Source: an uncultured Bacteroidales bacterium
Lineage (GTDB): Bacteria; Bacteroidota; Bacteroidia; Bacteroidales; Bacteroidaceae
Reading direction: 5' to 3'
DNA: 64,000 bases
NCBI GenBank assembly: GCA_902788315.1
Contig: CADAJS010000001.1
Coordinates: forward strand, 171,962 to 235,961
Shown one piece after another: positions 47,446 through 56,681 of this stretch (the stretch's first letter is position 1; the number at the start of each line of letters is the position of its first letter). The translations under genes were made by a program, and so were the position numbers. The notes under the pieces were generated by a model. The model was not told the DNA's origin. It saw only the letters and a list, made by a program, of their open reading frames with translations, and made no database searches.

Positions 47446-48408
47446 ATGGAAAAGAAACCTTATGTAATTGGCTTGGACCTGGGCGGAACCAACTCGGTGT
47501 TCGGCATCGTGGACGGAAAGGCCAATGTAGTGGCCAGTGTATCGGTCAAGACGCGCGGTCACGGCACTGCCGAGAACTATGTGAACAACTGCTGCGAGGC
47601 ACTGCAGACCATCATCAGCCAAGTGGGCGGAATCGAGAAGATTCAGGCCATGGGCATCGGTGCACCTAACGGAAACTATTACTCGGGCAGCGTGGAGAAC
47701 GCCCCCAACCTGGAGTGGCGGGGTATCATCCCCCTGGCCAAGATGTTCAGCGAGCGTCTGGGTATCCCCGTGGCACTGACCAACGACGCCAATGCAGCCG
47801 CCATCGGAGAAATGGCCTACGGCGTGGCAAAAGGCATGAAGAACTTCATCATGATCACCCTGGGCACAGGTGTGGGCAGCGGCATCGTCGTGAACGGCCA
47901 GCTGGTATATGGCAGCGACGGATTTGCAGGAGAGCTGGGCCACGTAGTTATTGACCGCAGCAAGAGCGCACGCGACTGTGGTTGCGGCCGCAAGGGCTGC
48001 CTCGAGGCTTACTGCTCCGCTACCGGCATGGTGCGCACGGCACTCGAGTGGATGGCCATCCGCACCACCCCATCAACACTGCGCGATATCCCCTTCGACA
48101 AACTGGAAGCAAAGGACATCAGCATCGCAGCCTCACAAGGCGACTTCATGGCCAAGGAAATCATGAACTACACCGGCGACCTGCTGGGCAAGGCATGTGC
48201 CGACTTCTGCAACTTCAGCAGCCCCGAGGCATTTATCTTCTTCGGAGGTCCCACGAAGGCCGGCGACCTGCTGATGAACCCCATCCGCAAGGCATACGAT
48301 GAGAACGTCCTGATGAACTTCAAGGGCAAAGCCAAGCTGCTCCTCTCTGAGTTGGACGGCGCCAGCGCTGCCGTGCTGGGTGCAAGTGCCCTGGGCTGGG
48401 AACTTTAA
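47446..48408 (+). CDS. ROK-family sugar kinase (glucokinase-like)
   Basis: IGLDLGGTNS is present, as is the ROK zinc motif CGCGRKGCLEAY. Confidence 0.85.
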   Translation: MEKKPYVIGLDLGGTNSVFGIVDGKANVVASVSVKTRGHGTAENYVNNCCEALQTIISQVGGIEKIQAMGIGAPNGNYYSGSVENAPNLEWRGIIPLAKMFSERLGIPVALTNDANAAAIGEMAYGVAKGMKNFIMITLGTGVGSGIVVNGQLVYGSDGFAGELGHVVIDRSKSARDCGCGRKGCLEAYCSATGMVRTALEWMAIRTTPSTLRDIPFDKLEAKDISIAASQGDFMAKEIMNYTGDLLGKACADFCNFSSPEAFIFFGGPTKAGDLLMNPIRKAYDENVLMNFKGKAKLLLSELDGASAAVLGASALGWEL

Positions 48409-48454
48409 TGTAAACAGACATTCGTACGGCACATCGCCGTGACATCCTGCAAAG

Positions 48455-48490
48455 CGCAATTTGTCTTTTCGTGACAAATTGCGTTTTTTT
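48455..48490 (+). terminator. rho-independent terminator of the ROK kinase gene
   Basis: An 11-bp stem pairs CGCAATTTGTC with GACAAATTGCG and is followed by T7. Confidence 0.8.
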
Positions 48491-48545
48491 CTGTTTTGAT
48501 TATCATTTTGTCGGGCAAAAGTTTTTATGGTTTGTTAATTTTACT

Positions 48546-48553
48546 TAACTTTG
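48546..48553 (+). promoter_or_regulatory. Bacteroidetes -7 box (TAacTTTG)
   Basis: TAACTTTG lies 67 nt upstream of the ATG at 48620. It overlaps the alternative start of the track ORF at 48551. Confidence 0.55.
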
Positions 48554-48619
48554 CAACATCAATGTATGACTCGAACATTTAAATTACCTTTATTAACCAC
48601 TATCAAACACTGGCAACTT

Positions 48620-50563
48620 ATGAAAACCAATGCCAAACATTACCTTTCCCTGGGCGTAGTCACGGGCTGCATGCTGCTTGCTGCATGCGTGGACGACAGC
48701 TACGACCTGGAAGACGTCGACTGGACGATAGGCAGCAACGTAGACCTGAAACTGCCCTATTGCAGCACAGACAGCATCCTTCTGCGTAACATCATGGACC
48801 TGGAGGAAGACGGCGTGGTGCAGTACGTATGGAGCGATGAACTGCAGGACTCCATCTTCTGCGTCAAACAGAGTGGCAAGGCAGACATTCAGCCTGTGAA
48901 TGTCGAAGACATCCGCATCCGCAAACCGGAGATTGAAAACATCAATGCCACGGTTCCCCTGGACCTCTTCCACAAGATCAACAGACGGAAGATTAACGTG
49001 CCCATCACCGTTCCCGGTGGAGGAGGCACAGTGAATGTGAATGTCCCGGACAAGGAGTACTTCTATGTCATCCAGGCTGGCTCGGCCGTCAACCACATTG
49101 AGGAGAATGCCCAGGCACGGGACATCAACCGCGACGTGGTTAGCATCGAGAGCGTCACCATCAAGGAGAACACCGCAACGCTGGAGATGGAGGTCGTGGG
49201 CTTGCCCGACTTTGTAACCCACATCTATCTGAACGATCTTACGCTGGAATATCCAAAGGGCCTGCAGATAAGCAAGGTGGTCTTCCGTGGCAATGAAATC
49301 GCTCCAGGCCGTATTGCGAACAATCAGATTAAGCTGACCATCGGCGAGACACGAGTGCCCATCACCGAGAATCTGAAGCTGACCATCTCCTTCACCGGAA
49401 TCACCGAAGGCGAGGATTTCGTCTTCGACAAGAATGCCCACACGGCCACCATCAAGGGCGGTTTCTCCGTCACCGGTTCGTTTGGCCTCAAGACAGCCGA
49501 GTTCGATGCAGATGGGATCGCAGCAGCCATCAATGCACTCCCAGCTGAGGACATCGCCGAGATTCAGGCCACCAAGACGCTGGACAAGGTGATGCCCGAG
49601 AACATCACGTTCAACGGCAGTGCCAGCTTCGGCCGCGACATCGAGGTGGATACGTTCACGGGCGAACTGCGCCACGAGGTCAGCAATATCGACCCCATCA
49701 TGCTGGATGACCTGCCCAACTTCCTGAACGACGACGAAGTGATACTCGACTTGGAGAATCCCATTCTCTTCCTCAAGGCCAAGAGCCAGATTCCGGCCAC
49801 AGCCACTACGAGCATCACCGTGAAGAACGTGGAGCGTGGCATCAGCATCACCGCACCGAACATCTCGGTGGTGGGAGATGCCACAGGCGCTTACGAGAAC
49901 CAGTACTATCTGGCCGACAATCCTGCCAAGTATCTGCCCAGCGACTACAGCCATGCACAGCGCATCACGACCACAGGCAACAAGGTCAGCGAGCTCATCC
50001 GCAAAATACCTCACCAAATAGATATCGAAGTGGCTGCCGTCACCCTACGCGCCGAGAACCTCAGTGTGACACGCAACTATGAGATCGATGTCGAGTATGA
50101 AGTGTTTGCCCCCATTTCATTCGGCAAGGACTTCCTGCTCGTATACCGCGACACCGAGCGCGGTTGGGCTGACGACATCGAGGACGTGGAGGACGTTGAC
50201 TTCGGCTACTTGCAGCTCACCGCCAAGGCATCCAGCGACCTGCCCGCCACCACGACGCTCAAGCTGACACCCATTGACGAGAACGGCATGGCCATCCCGC
50301 AGTTAGAGGTGAACACTATCAGCGTGCCGGCTAACGCCAACGGTGCCGACGTCACCTTCACCATCAAGCCCAAGACGGGCTACACGCTCAACGACATTCT
50401 GAACGGCAACGAGCAGAAGGGGGTAAAGAAGATTGACGGTGTTCAGTACGAAGCCCGACTCGCCGGCACCAGCTCCGGCGGTACGCTCAAGCGCAAAGCC
50501 TACATGATACTGCGTCAGATGCAGGTGACCATCAAGGGAGGAGTAACCATTGACGCTAATTAA
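48620..50563 (+). CDS. large surface lipoprotein of unknown function
   Basis: MKTNAKHYLSLGVVTGCMLLAAC has a lipobox. The 647-aa product is rich in beta-strand-like segments. I recognised no catalytic motifs. Confidence 0.6.
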   Translation: MKTNAKHYLSLGVVTGCMLLAACVDDSYDLEDVDWTIGSNVDLKLPYCSTDSILLRNIMDLEEDGVVQYVWSDELQDSIFCVKQSGKADIQPVNVEDIRIRKPEIENINATVPLDLFHKINRRKINVPITVPGGGGTVNVNVPDKEYFYVIQAGSAVNHIEENAQARDINRDVVSIESVTIKENTATLEMEVVGLPDFVTHIYLNDLTLEYPKGLQISKVVFRGNEIAPGRIANNQIKLTIGETRVPITENLKLTISFTGITEGEDFVFDKNAHTATIKGGFSVTGSFGLKTAEFDADGIAAAINALPAEDIAEIQATKTLDKVMPENITFNGSASFGRDIEVDTFTGELRHEVSNIDPIMLDDLPNFLNDDEVILDLENPILFLKAKSQIPATATTSITVKNVERGISITAPNISVVGDATGAYENQYYLADNPAKYLPSDYSHAQRITTTGNKVSELIRKIPHQIDIEVAAVTLRAENLSVTRNYEIDVEYEVFAPISFGKDFLLVYRDTERGWADDIEDVEDVDFGYLQLTAKASSDLPATTTLKLTPIDENGMAIPQLEVNTISVPANANGADVTFTIKPKTGYTLNDILNGNEQKGVKKIDGVQYEARLAGTSSGGTLKRKAYMILRQMQVTIKGGVTIDAN

Positions 50564-50594
50564 TCCAAGACCACATAACAGAACATACATCATT

Positions 50595-52031
50595 ATGAAA
50601 ACGACACTCAAATCCATAATAACTGTCTGTGCCTTGGTAGTCAGCGGAAGCACCCTCGCACAGAACCTCAACAGTGCCTATTTCCTGGACGGATATGCCT
50701 ACGGCCACGAAATGAACCCAGCCAAGGAGTACGACCGTAAGGGCTATATCAGTTTCCCCGTCCTGGGCAACATCAACATGGCCTTCCGCGGCAACGTCGG
50801 CGTGAAGGACTTCTTTTACAAGAATCCCAACGGCAACGGACTCGTGAGCTACCTCCACCCCAGCATCACATCCAAGGAGGCCATGGGTGCCTTCCATGAC
50901 AAGAACAAGCTGCTGATGGATGCACGTATCGACATTCTCAGCGTGGGCTTCCATGCCTTCAAGGGTTACAACACGATTACACTGGGGTCTCGAGCCAACA
51001 TCGGACTTAACGTCCCCTACGAACTGTTCGACCTGACGAAGAATCTCACGAACAGGAACTACGACATCAGCGAGTTTGGTGCCACGGCCATAGCATGGGG
51101 CGAACTGGCCCTGGGCCACAGCCACCAGGTCAATGATGCATGGCGCGTCGGCGGCAAGGTAAAGTTCCTGCTGGGCGGTGCATACGCAAAGATGAAGATG
51201 GACAATCTGAGCCTCGACCTCTCGAACGACAACCAGTGGACCGCCAACGCCAATGCCACGATGGAGGTTGGCGTGAAAGGCTTCACCTGGGGTGATACAG
51301 AGACCAAGGAATACAAGAACCAGTACCCCGGCCACATGACATACCAGCAGCTCGACCTGGACAACGCTGATGTTGACGGCAGCGGCCTGAACGGCTTCGG
51401 AATGGGATTTGACCTGGGTGTGGAATGGGACATGGAAAAGCAGGAACTCGTGGACGGACTGAAGCTGAGTGCCTCGCTGCTCGACCTGGGCTTCATCAGC
51501 TGGAGCGACGTGGCCATTGCCCAGAACAAGGGAGACGCCTTCGTCTTCAACGGCTTCCATAACATCCAAGTGAGCGACGGCCCGGGCGAACCTCTTGACG
51601 AACAGGCCGACGATCTGGGCGACCGCCTGAGCGACCTGTACAGCCTCCAGGACGGCGGTTCGGGCAGCAAGACAACCGGACTGGGCGCCACCCTCAACCT
51701 GGCAGCCGAATACGCGCTTCCCTCCTATCGTCACCTGAAGTTTGGTCTCTTGAGCACCACGCGTCTGCAGAGCGTATATAGCTGGAACGAGGAGCGGCTG
51801 GCCGTCACGCTGAGCCCTGCCAAGATGTTCGAGATGAGCTGCAATGTCGGCGTCGGCACACTGGGGGCCAACCTGGGTTGGGTAATCAACTTCCACCCGC
51901 GCTCGTTCAGTCTGTTCATCGGCTCGGACCATTGTATCGGCAAGTTCTCCAAGCAGATGGTTCCCCTGCGCAGCAACTACGACTTCTGCATGGGCATCAA
52001 CATACCTTTCGGCAAAAGCCGCATAGAATAA
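50595..52031 (+). CDS. outer-membrane beta-barrel protein of unknown function
   Basis: The signal peptide is MKTTLKSIITVCALVVSGSTLAQ. The mature protein has an alternating aromatic/Gly-rich beta-strand pattern. The gene lies 32 nt after the lipoprotein gene. Confidence 0.6.
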   Translation: MKTTLKSIITVCALVVSGSTLAQNLNSAYFLDGYAYGHEMNPAKEYDRKGYISFPVLGNINMAFRGNVGVKDFFYKNPNGNGLVSYLHPSITSKEAMGAFHDKNKLLMDARIDILSVGFHAFKGYNTITLGSRANIGLNVPYELFDLTKNLTNRNYDISEFGATAIAWGELALGHSHQVNDAWRVGGKVKFLLGGAYAKMKMDNLSLDLSNDNQWTANANATMEVGVKGFTWGDTETKEYKNQYPGHMTYQQLDLDNADVDGSGLNGFGMGFDLGVEWDMEKQELVDGLKLSASLLDLGFISWSDVAIAQNKGDAFVFNGFHNIQVSDGPGEPLDEQADDLGDRLSDLYSLQDGGSGSKTTGLGATLNLAAEYALPSYRHLKFGLLSTTRLQSVYSWNEERLAVTLSPAKMFEMSCNVGVGTLGANLGWVINFHPRSFSLFIGSDHCIGKFSKQMVPLRSNYDFCMGINIPFGKSRIE

Positions 52032-52058
52032 AGCCCACCGCCACAGTGCAAGATATCC

Positions 52059-52107
52059 CCGAGGGGGAGACGGACCTTCATCACGTCCGCCTCCCCCTCG
52101 GCGTTTT
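52059..52107 (+). terminator. rho-independent terminator
   Basis: A long stem pairs CCGAGGGGGAG with CTCCCCCTCGG and has an inner CGGAC/GTCCG pairing. CGTTTT follows. Confidence 0.7.
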
Positions 52108-52150
52108 ATGACATGGAGCAATCCTCTGGCTGGCATACCACCTGGAAAAC

Positions 52151-52238
52151 GGTGGAGTGCCACCAAACATTTGGTGGAGTGCCACGGAAAGTTTGGTGGA
52201 GTGCCGCGGGAAAGTTGGTGGTATGCCGCCCGTTTCTC
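52151..52238. repeat. 22-bp tandem repeat, 4 units (GGTGGAGTGCCACNGAAAGTTT)
   Basis: Units start at 52151, 52173, 52195 and 52217. An inverted partial copy GGCATACCACC lies at 52132-52142. Confidence 0.85.
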
Positions 52239-52279
52239 CCCCATTCTCTCCGCTTCGTAAAGCCGGCATGCAGAAAATT

Positions 52280-52315
52280 ATGAATTATGAACTATGAATT
52301 ATGAATTAATTATTG
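52280..52315. repeat. 7-bp tandem array (GAATTAT type) directly upstream of the purL -7 box
   Basis: The sequence is ATGAATT ATGAACT ATGAATT ATGAATT AATTATTG. It has the same phase and 3' junction as the fmt array. Confidence 0.85.
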
Positions 52316-52323
52316 TACCTTTG
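52316..52323 (+). promoter_or_regulatory. Bacteroidetes -7 box (TAccTTTG) for purL
   Basis: TACCTTTG lies 32 nt upstream of the ATG at 52355. It sits inside the longer track ORF and so excludes the start at 52313. Confidence 0.6.
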
Positions 52324-52354
52324 CATGCAGAAACGACAATACCCCATCAAGGAC

Positions 52355-55300
52355 ATGACGATTACATTCTTCAAGACACCCGCCGGCACGATTATTGCCA
52401 CTCAGAGCGGGCATGCACTCACAAGCGAGGAGCAAGAGAAACTATGTTGGCTTTATGGCGAAGCCACGGTCATCAATGCAGAAAGCGTAGATGGCTACTT
52501 CGTGGGCCCACGCCGCGAAATGATTACTCCATGGAGCACCAATGCCGTTGAGATCACCCAGAACATGGCCCTCAGCGGCATTGTGCGTATCGAGGAATAC
52601 TTCCCCGTGGACAGCGCCGACGCCGAATACGACCCCATGCTGCAGCGCATGTACAAGGGGCTCGACCAGGACATTTTCCGCGTCGATATCGAACCCGCAG
52701 CAATACAGCATATCGACGACCTCGACAGCTACAATGAGCAGGAGGGGCTGGCTCTCTCGCCCGAGGAAATCCAATACCTGCACGATGTGGAGAGGCAGCT
52801 GGGACGCAAGCTCACGGACAGCGAGGTCTTCGGCTTTGCCCAGATCAACAGCGAGCACTGCCGCCACAAGATATTCGGCGGCACATTCATCATCGACGGG
52901 GAGGAGAAGCAGAGCAGTCTCTTCCAAATGATTAAGCGCACCACGCAGGAGAACCCTCACCGAATCATCTCAGCCTACAAGGACAACGTAGCCTTTGCCG
53001 AAGGGCCTGTGGTGGAACAGTTTGCACCGGCCGACCATTCGACGAGCGACTGGTTCCGCGTAAAGGATATCGAGAGCGTCATCAGCCTGAAGGCCGAGAC
53101 ACACAACTTTCCGACCACCGTGGAGCCATTCAACGGTGCCTCCACCGGCACGGGCGGCGAGATACGCGACCGCATGGGCGGCGGCACAGGCTCATGGCCC
53201 ATCGCCGGCACCGCTGTATATATGACCAGCTACCCCACTCCCCGACAGGGAGCCATGCCTCCCCGTCCCTGGCTCTACCAGACACCCGAGCAGATTCTCA
53301 TCAAGGCTTCCAATGGTGCCTCAGACTTCGGCAACAAGTTCGGACAGCCGCTCATCACGGGTTCGGTGCTTACCTTCGAGCACGAAGAGAACGGCGAGCA
53401 ATACGGCTACGACAAGGTAATCATGCTGGCTGGCGGAGTGGGCTACGGCACACGGCGCGACTGCCTGAAGAAGGAGCCTCAGAAGGGCAACAAGATTGTC
53501 GTCGTGGGTGGCGACAACTATCGTATCGGGCTCGGTGGAGGCAGTGTCTCCAGCGTGGACACCGGTCGCTACAGCAGCGGCATCGAGCTGAACGCCGTGC
53601 AACGAGCCAATCCTGAGATGCAGAAGCGCGCCAACAATCTGGTACGTGCCCTGTGCGAGGAAGACGTCAACCCCGTAGTCAGCATTCACGACCACGGATC
53701 GGCAGGCCACGTGAACTGCCTCTCCGAGCTGGTGGAGGAATGCGGCGGCCTTATTGACATGACCAAGCTGCCCATCGGCGACCCGACACTCTCGGCCAAG
53801 GAAATCATCGCCAACGAAAGCCAGGAACGCATGGGCCTGCTCATCGACGAGAAGCATATCGAGCACGTCCGCCGCATTGCCGAGCGCGAGCGAGCTCCGC
53901 TCTACGTGGTGGGCGAGACCACGGGCGATGCCCACTTCGCCTTCCAGCAAGCCGACGGCGTGCGCCCATTCGATCTTGACGTGGCTCAGATGTTCGGCCA
54001 CAGCCCCAAGACAGTAATGCGTGACGAGACTGTGGAGCGGCACTATGCTCCGGTAGATGCCAAGAGTCTTGACGTATCTGAGAAACTAAACGCATACATC
54101 GAAGGCGTGCTCTCGCTGGAGAGCGTAGCCTGCAAGGACTGGCTCACGAACAAGGTGGACCGTTCCGTGACGGGTAAGGTGGCGCGCCAGCAGTGTCAGG
54201 GAGAGTTGCAGCTGCCGCTCTCCGACTGTGGTGTGGTAGCCCTCGACTACCGTGGCCGCAAGGGTATTGCCACCGCACTGGGCCATGCGCCCCAGGCTGC
54301 ACTTGCCAGCCCCGCAGCCGGCAGCGTGCTCAGCGTGGCCGAATCGCTCACCAATCTCGTATGGGCACCGCTGGAGGAAGGGCTCGACAGCGTCAGCCTC
54401 AGCGCCAACTGGATGTGGCCGTGCCGTGCCCAGAAGGGCGAGGATGCCCGCCTCTATCAGGCCGTCGAGGCACTAAGCGACTTCTGCTGCCAGTTGGAGA
54501 TTAATGTGCCCACAGGCAAAGACAGCCTCTCCATGACCCAGAAATACCCTGACGGTACCAAGATTATCTCTCCGGGAACCGTCATCGTCTCCAGCGGCGG
54601 ACAGGTATCCGACATCCGCAAGGTGGTGAGTCCCGTGCTCTCCGCAGAGCCTAAGAGCGCCCTCTACCACATCGACTTCTCGTTTGACGCCCTGCATCTG
54701 GGTGGCAGTGCGTTGGCACAGAGCCTGGGACGCGTAGGCTCCGACGTGCCCACGGTGCAGAATGCCGAATATTTCCGCGATGCATTCAATGCCGTGCAGG
54801 AGTGCGTGCGCCATGGCCTCCTGCTCGCCGGACACGACATCAGCGCAGGCGGCCTCGTCACCACTCTGCTCGAAATGTGCTTTGCCAACACGCAGGGCGG
54901 ACTGAAGATAAACCTCGTGAACTATGCCGAGGAGGACATCACGAAGATTCTCTTCGCCGAGAATCCAGGCGTAGTAGTCCAGGTAAGTACCCGTAACGAA
55001 GAAGCCTTCAAGAAGACACTCGAAGAGGCCGGCGTAGGCTACATCTATATCGGAGTGCCCATGCGCGAACGCTACCTGCACATCCGTAAGGGCGATTTCG
55101 AGCAAACACTCGACATTGACATGCTGCGCGATGTCTGGTACGAGACCTCACGGCGCCTGGACCGCAAGCAGAGCATGAACGGAAAGGCCGACGAGCGCTT
55201 CCGAAACTACAAGCTGCAGCCGCTCCAGTGGCTTCTTCCGAAATCCTTTACCGGAAAATTCGCTCAATATGGTATCAATCCCGACCGACGCACACCAAGC

Positions 55301-56068
55301 GGCCTCCACGCCGCCATCATCCGCGAAAAAGGTACCAACGGCGAACGCGAGATGGCCTATATGCTCTATCTGGCCGGTTTCGACGTGAAAGACGTAATGA
55401 TGACCGACCTTATCGCAGGGCGTGAGACACTGGACGATGTGAACTTCATCGTCTTCTGCGGCGGTTTCTCGAACAGCGACGTCCTCGGCTCGGCCAAGGG
55501 ATGGGCCGGTGCCTTCCTATACAACCCCAAGGCCAAGGAAGCCCTCGAACGCTTCTACAGCCGCCCCGACACACTCTCTCTCGGTGTCTGCAACGGATGC
55601 CAACTCATGGTGGAGCTGGGACTTGTTCAAAGTGCAAGCCCTACAGGCAAATCCCCCAAGATGCTCCACAACGACTCGCACAAGTTCGAGTCGGGCTTCG
55701 TGGGCCTCACCGTGCAGCCCAACCAGAGCGTGCTGCTGGGCAGCCTGAGCGGCTCGAAACTGGGTATATGGGTGGCCCACGGCGAGGGCAAGTTCTCACT
55801 GCCCGGCCGTGAAGAAGACTACAGCATCGTGCTCAAATACAGCCACACGGGTTATCCCGCCAATCCCAACGGCAGCGACTATTCTGCTGCGGGCATTTGC
55901 TCGCCCGACGGACGCCATCTGGCCATGATGCCCCATCTGGAACGCGCCTTCTTCCCCTGGCAGTGTGGCTACTATCCCGAATCGCGCCGGCTGACCGACG
56001 AAGTGACACCCTGGATCGAAGCCTTTGTCAATGCCAGAAAGTGGGTGGAGAGGCAGAAGAAGGACTAA
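52355..56068 (+). CDS. purL: phosphoribosylformylglycinamidine synthase, single-chain large form
   Basis: The product is about 1237 aa with FGAM synthase N-terminal, AIR-synthase-like and C-terminal GATase domains. The nucleophile Cys lies in LGVCNGCQ. Confidence 0.95.
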   Translation: MTITFFKTPAGTIIATQSGHALTSEEQEKLCWLYGEATVINAESVDGYFVGPRREMITPWSTNAVEITQNMALSGIVRIEEYFPVDSADAEYDPMLQRMYKGLDQDIFRVDIEPAAIQHIDDLDSYNEQEGLALSPEEIQYLHDVERQLGRKLTDSEVFGFAQINSEHCRHKIFGGTFIIDGEEKQSSLFQMIKRTTQENPHRIISAYKDNVAFAEGPVVEQFAPADHSTSDWFRVKDIESVISLKAETHNFPTTVEPFNGASTGTGGEIRDRMGGGTGSWPIAGTAVYMTSYPTPRQGAMPPRPWLYQTPEQILIKASNGASDFGNKFGQPLITGSVLTFEHEENGEQYGYDKVIMLAGGVGYGTRRDCLKKEPQKGNKIVVVGGDNYRIGLGGGSVSSVDTGRYSSGIELNAVQRANPEMQKRANNLVRALCEEDVNPVVSIHDHGSAGHVNCLSELVEECGGLIDMTKLPIGDPTLSAKEIIANESQERMGLLIDEKHIEHVRRIAERERAPLYVVGETTGDAHFAFQQADGVRPFDLDVAQMFGHSPKTVMRDETVERHYAPVDAKSLDVSEKLNAYIEGVLSLESVACKDWLTNKVDRSVTGKVARQQCQGELQLPLSDCGVVALDYRGRKGIATALGHAPQAALASPAAGSVLSVAESLTNLVWAPLEEGLDSVSLSANWMWPCRAQKGEDARLYQAVEALSDFCCQLEINVPTGKDSLSMTQKYPDGTKIISPGTVIVSSGGQVSDIRKVVSPVLSAEPKSALYHIDFSFDALHLGGSALAQSLGRVGSDVPTVQNAEYFRDAFNAVQECVRHGLLLAGHDISAGGLVTTLLEMCFANTQGGLKINLVNYAEEDITKILFAENPGVVVQVSTRNEEAFKKTLEEAGVGYIYIGVPMRERYLHIRKGDFEQTLDIDMLRDVWYETSRRLDRKQSMNGKADERFRNYKLQPLQWLLPKSFTGKFAQYGINPDRRTPSGLHAAIIREKGTNGEREMAYMLYLAGFDVKDVMMTDLIAGRETLDDVNFIVFCGGFSNSDVLGSAKGWAGAFLYNPKAKEALERFYSRPDTLSLGVCNGCQLMVELGLVQSASPTGKSPKMLHNDSHKFESGFVGLTVQPNQSVLLGSLSGSKLGIWVAHGEGKFSLPGREEDYSIVLKYSHTGYPANPNGSDYSAAGICSPDGRHLAMMPHLERAFFPWQCGYYPESRRLTDEVTPWIEAFVNARKWVERQKKD

Positions 56069-56112
56069 GGATTAAGGATTAGGGATTAGGGATTAGAGAT
56101 TAAGGATTAGGG
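56064..56112. repeat. 7-bp tandem array, 7 units of ATTARGG
   Basis: The units are ACTAAGG ATTAAGG ATTAGGG ATTAGGG ATTAGAG ATTAAGG ATTAGGG. The array spans the purL stop codon and ends 2 nt before the chrA ATG. Confidence 0.9.
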
Positions 56113-56114
56113 CA

Positions 56115-56642
56115 ATGTTTGAAATGTTCTTCACCTTCATGCGCATCGGCCTCTTCACTATCGGAGGAGGCTATGCCATGATACCCCTCATCGAAGAGCA
56201 GGTGGTGAGACGCAAGCAGTGGCTCACTGCCGAGGAACTCATCGACCTGATAGCCGTGGCACAGTCCTGTCCCGGCATCTTCGCCGTGAACATAAGCATC
56301 TTCGTGGGCTATCGCCGCCAGGGCATACGGGGAGCATTCCTGTGTGCCCTCGGCGCCGTGCTCCCCTCGTTCCTCATTATCCTGGCCATCGCGCTTGTAT
56401 TCCACCAGTTCCGTGACAACTGGGTGGTGGAGCGCATCTTCCGCGGCATACGTCCCGCTGTGGTGGCACTCATTGCCGCACCCGTCTTCCGCATGGCCCG
56501 CAGTGCGCGGATAGACCGCTACAACGCATGGATTCCCATTGCCTCCGCCATCGCCATCTGGCTTTTAGGCGTCAGCCCCATCTATGTCATCCTGCTCGCT
56601 GCCATTGGCGGCTATGCATACGGACAATATATTAAGGAATAA
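56115..56642 (+). CDS. chrA: chromate transporter family protein (short CHR, first half)
   Basis: FTIGGGYAMIPLI is present and the size is 175 aa. It is paired with a second half-size CHR gene. Confidence 0.85.
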   Translation: MFEMFFTFMRIGLFTIGGGYAMIPLIEEQVVRRKQWLTAEELIDLIAVAQSCPGIFAVNISIFVGYRRQGIRGAFLCALGAVLPSFLIILAIALVFHQFRDNWVVERIFRGIRPAVVALIAAPVFRMARSARIDRYNAWIPIASAIAIWLLGVSPIYVILLAAIGGYAYGQYIKE

Positions 56643-56681
56643 AGAACGACGAACCACATTTATTATGAATTAGTCTAAGCG

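Noticed and set aside
47317-47943. N-terminal extension of 209 aa on the LysE exporter ORF (track ORF 46669-47943).
   Set aside because: The extension is antisense to the ROK kinase gene and crosses its promoter. The LysE family signature starts at MLLNPINT (47316).
56064-56112. The ATTAGGG heptads resemble telomere repeats and could form a G-quadruplex.
   Set aside because: This is a bacterial chromosome-internal position between two co-directional genes. Only three GGG runs are present, too few for a canonical G4. I treat it as a microsatellite-like array instead.
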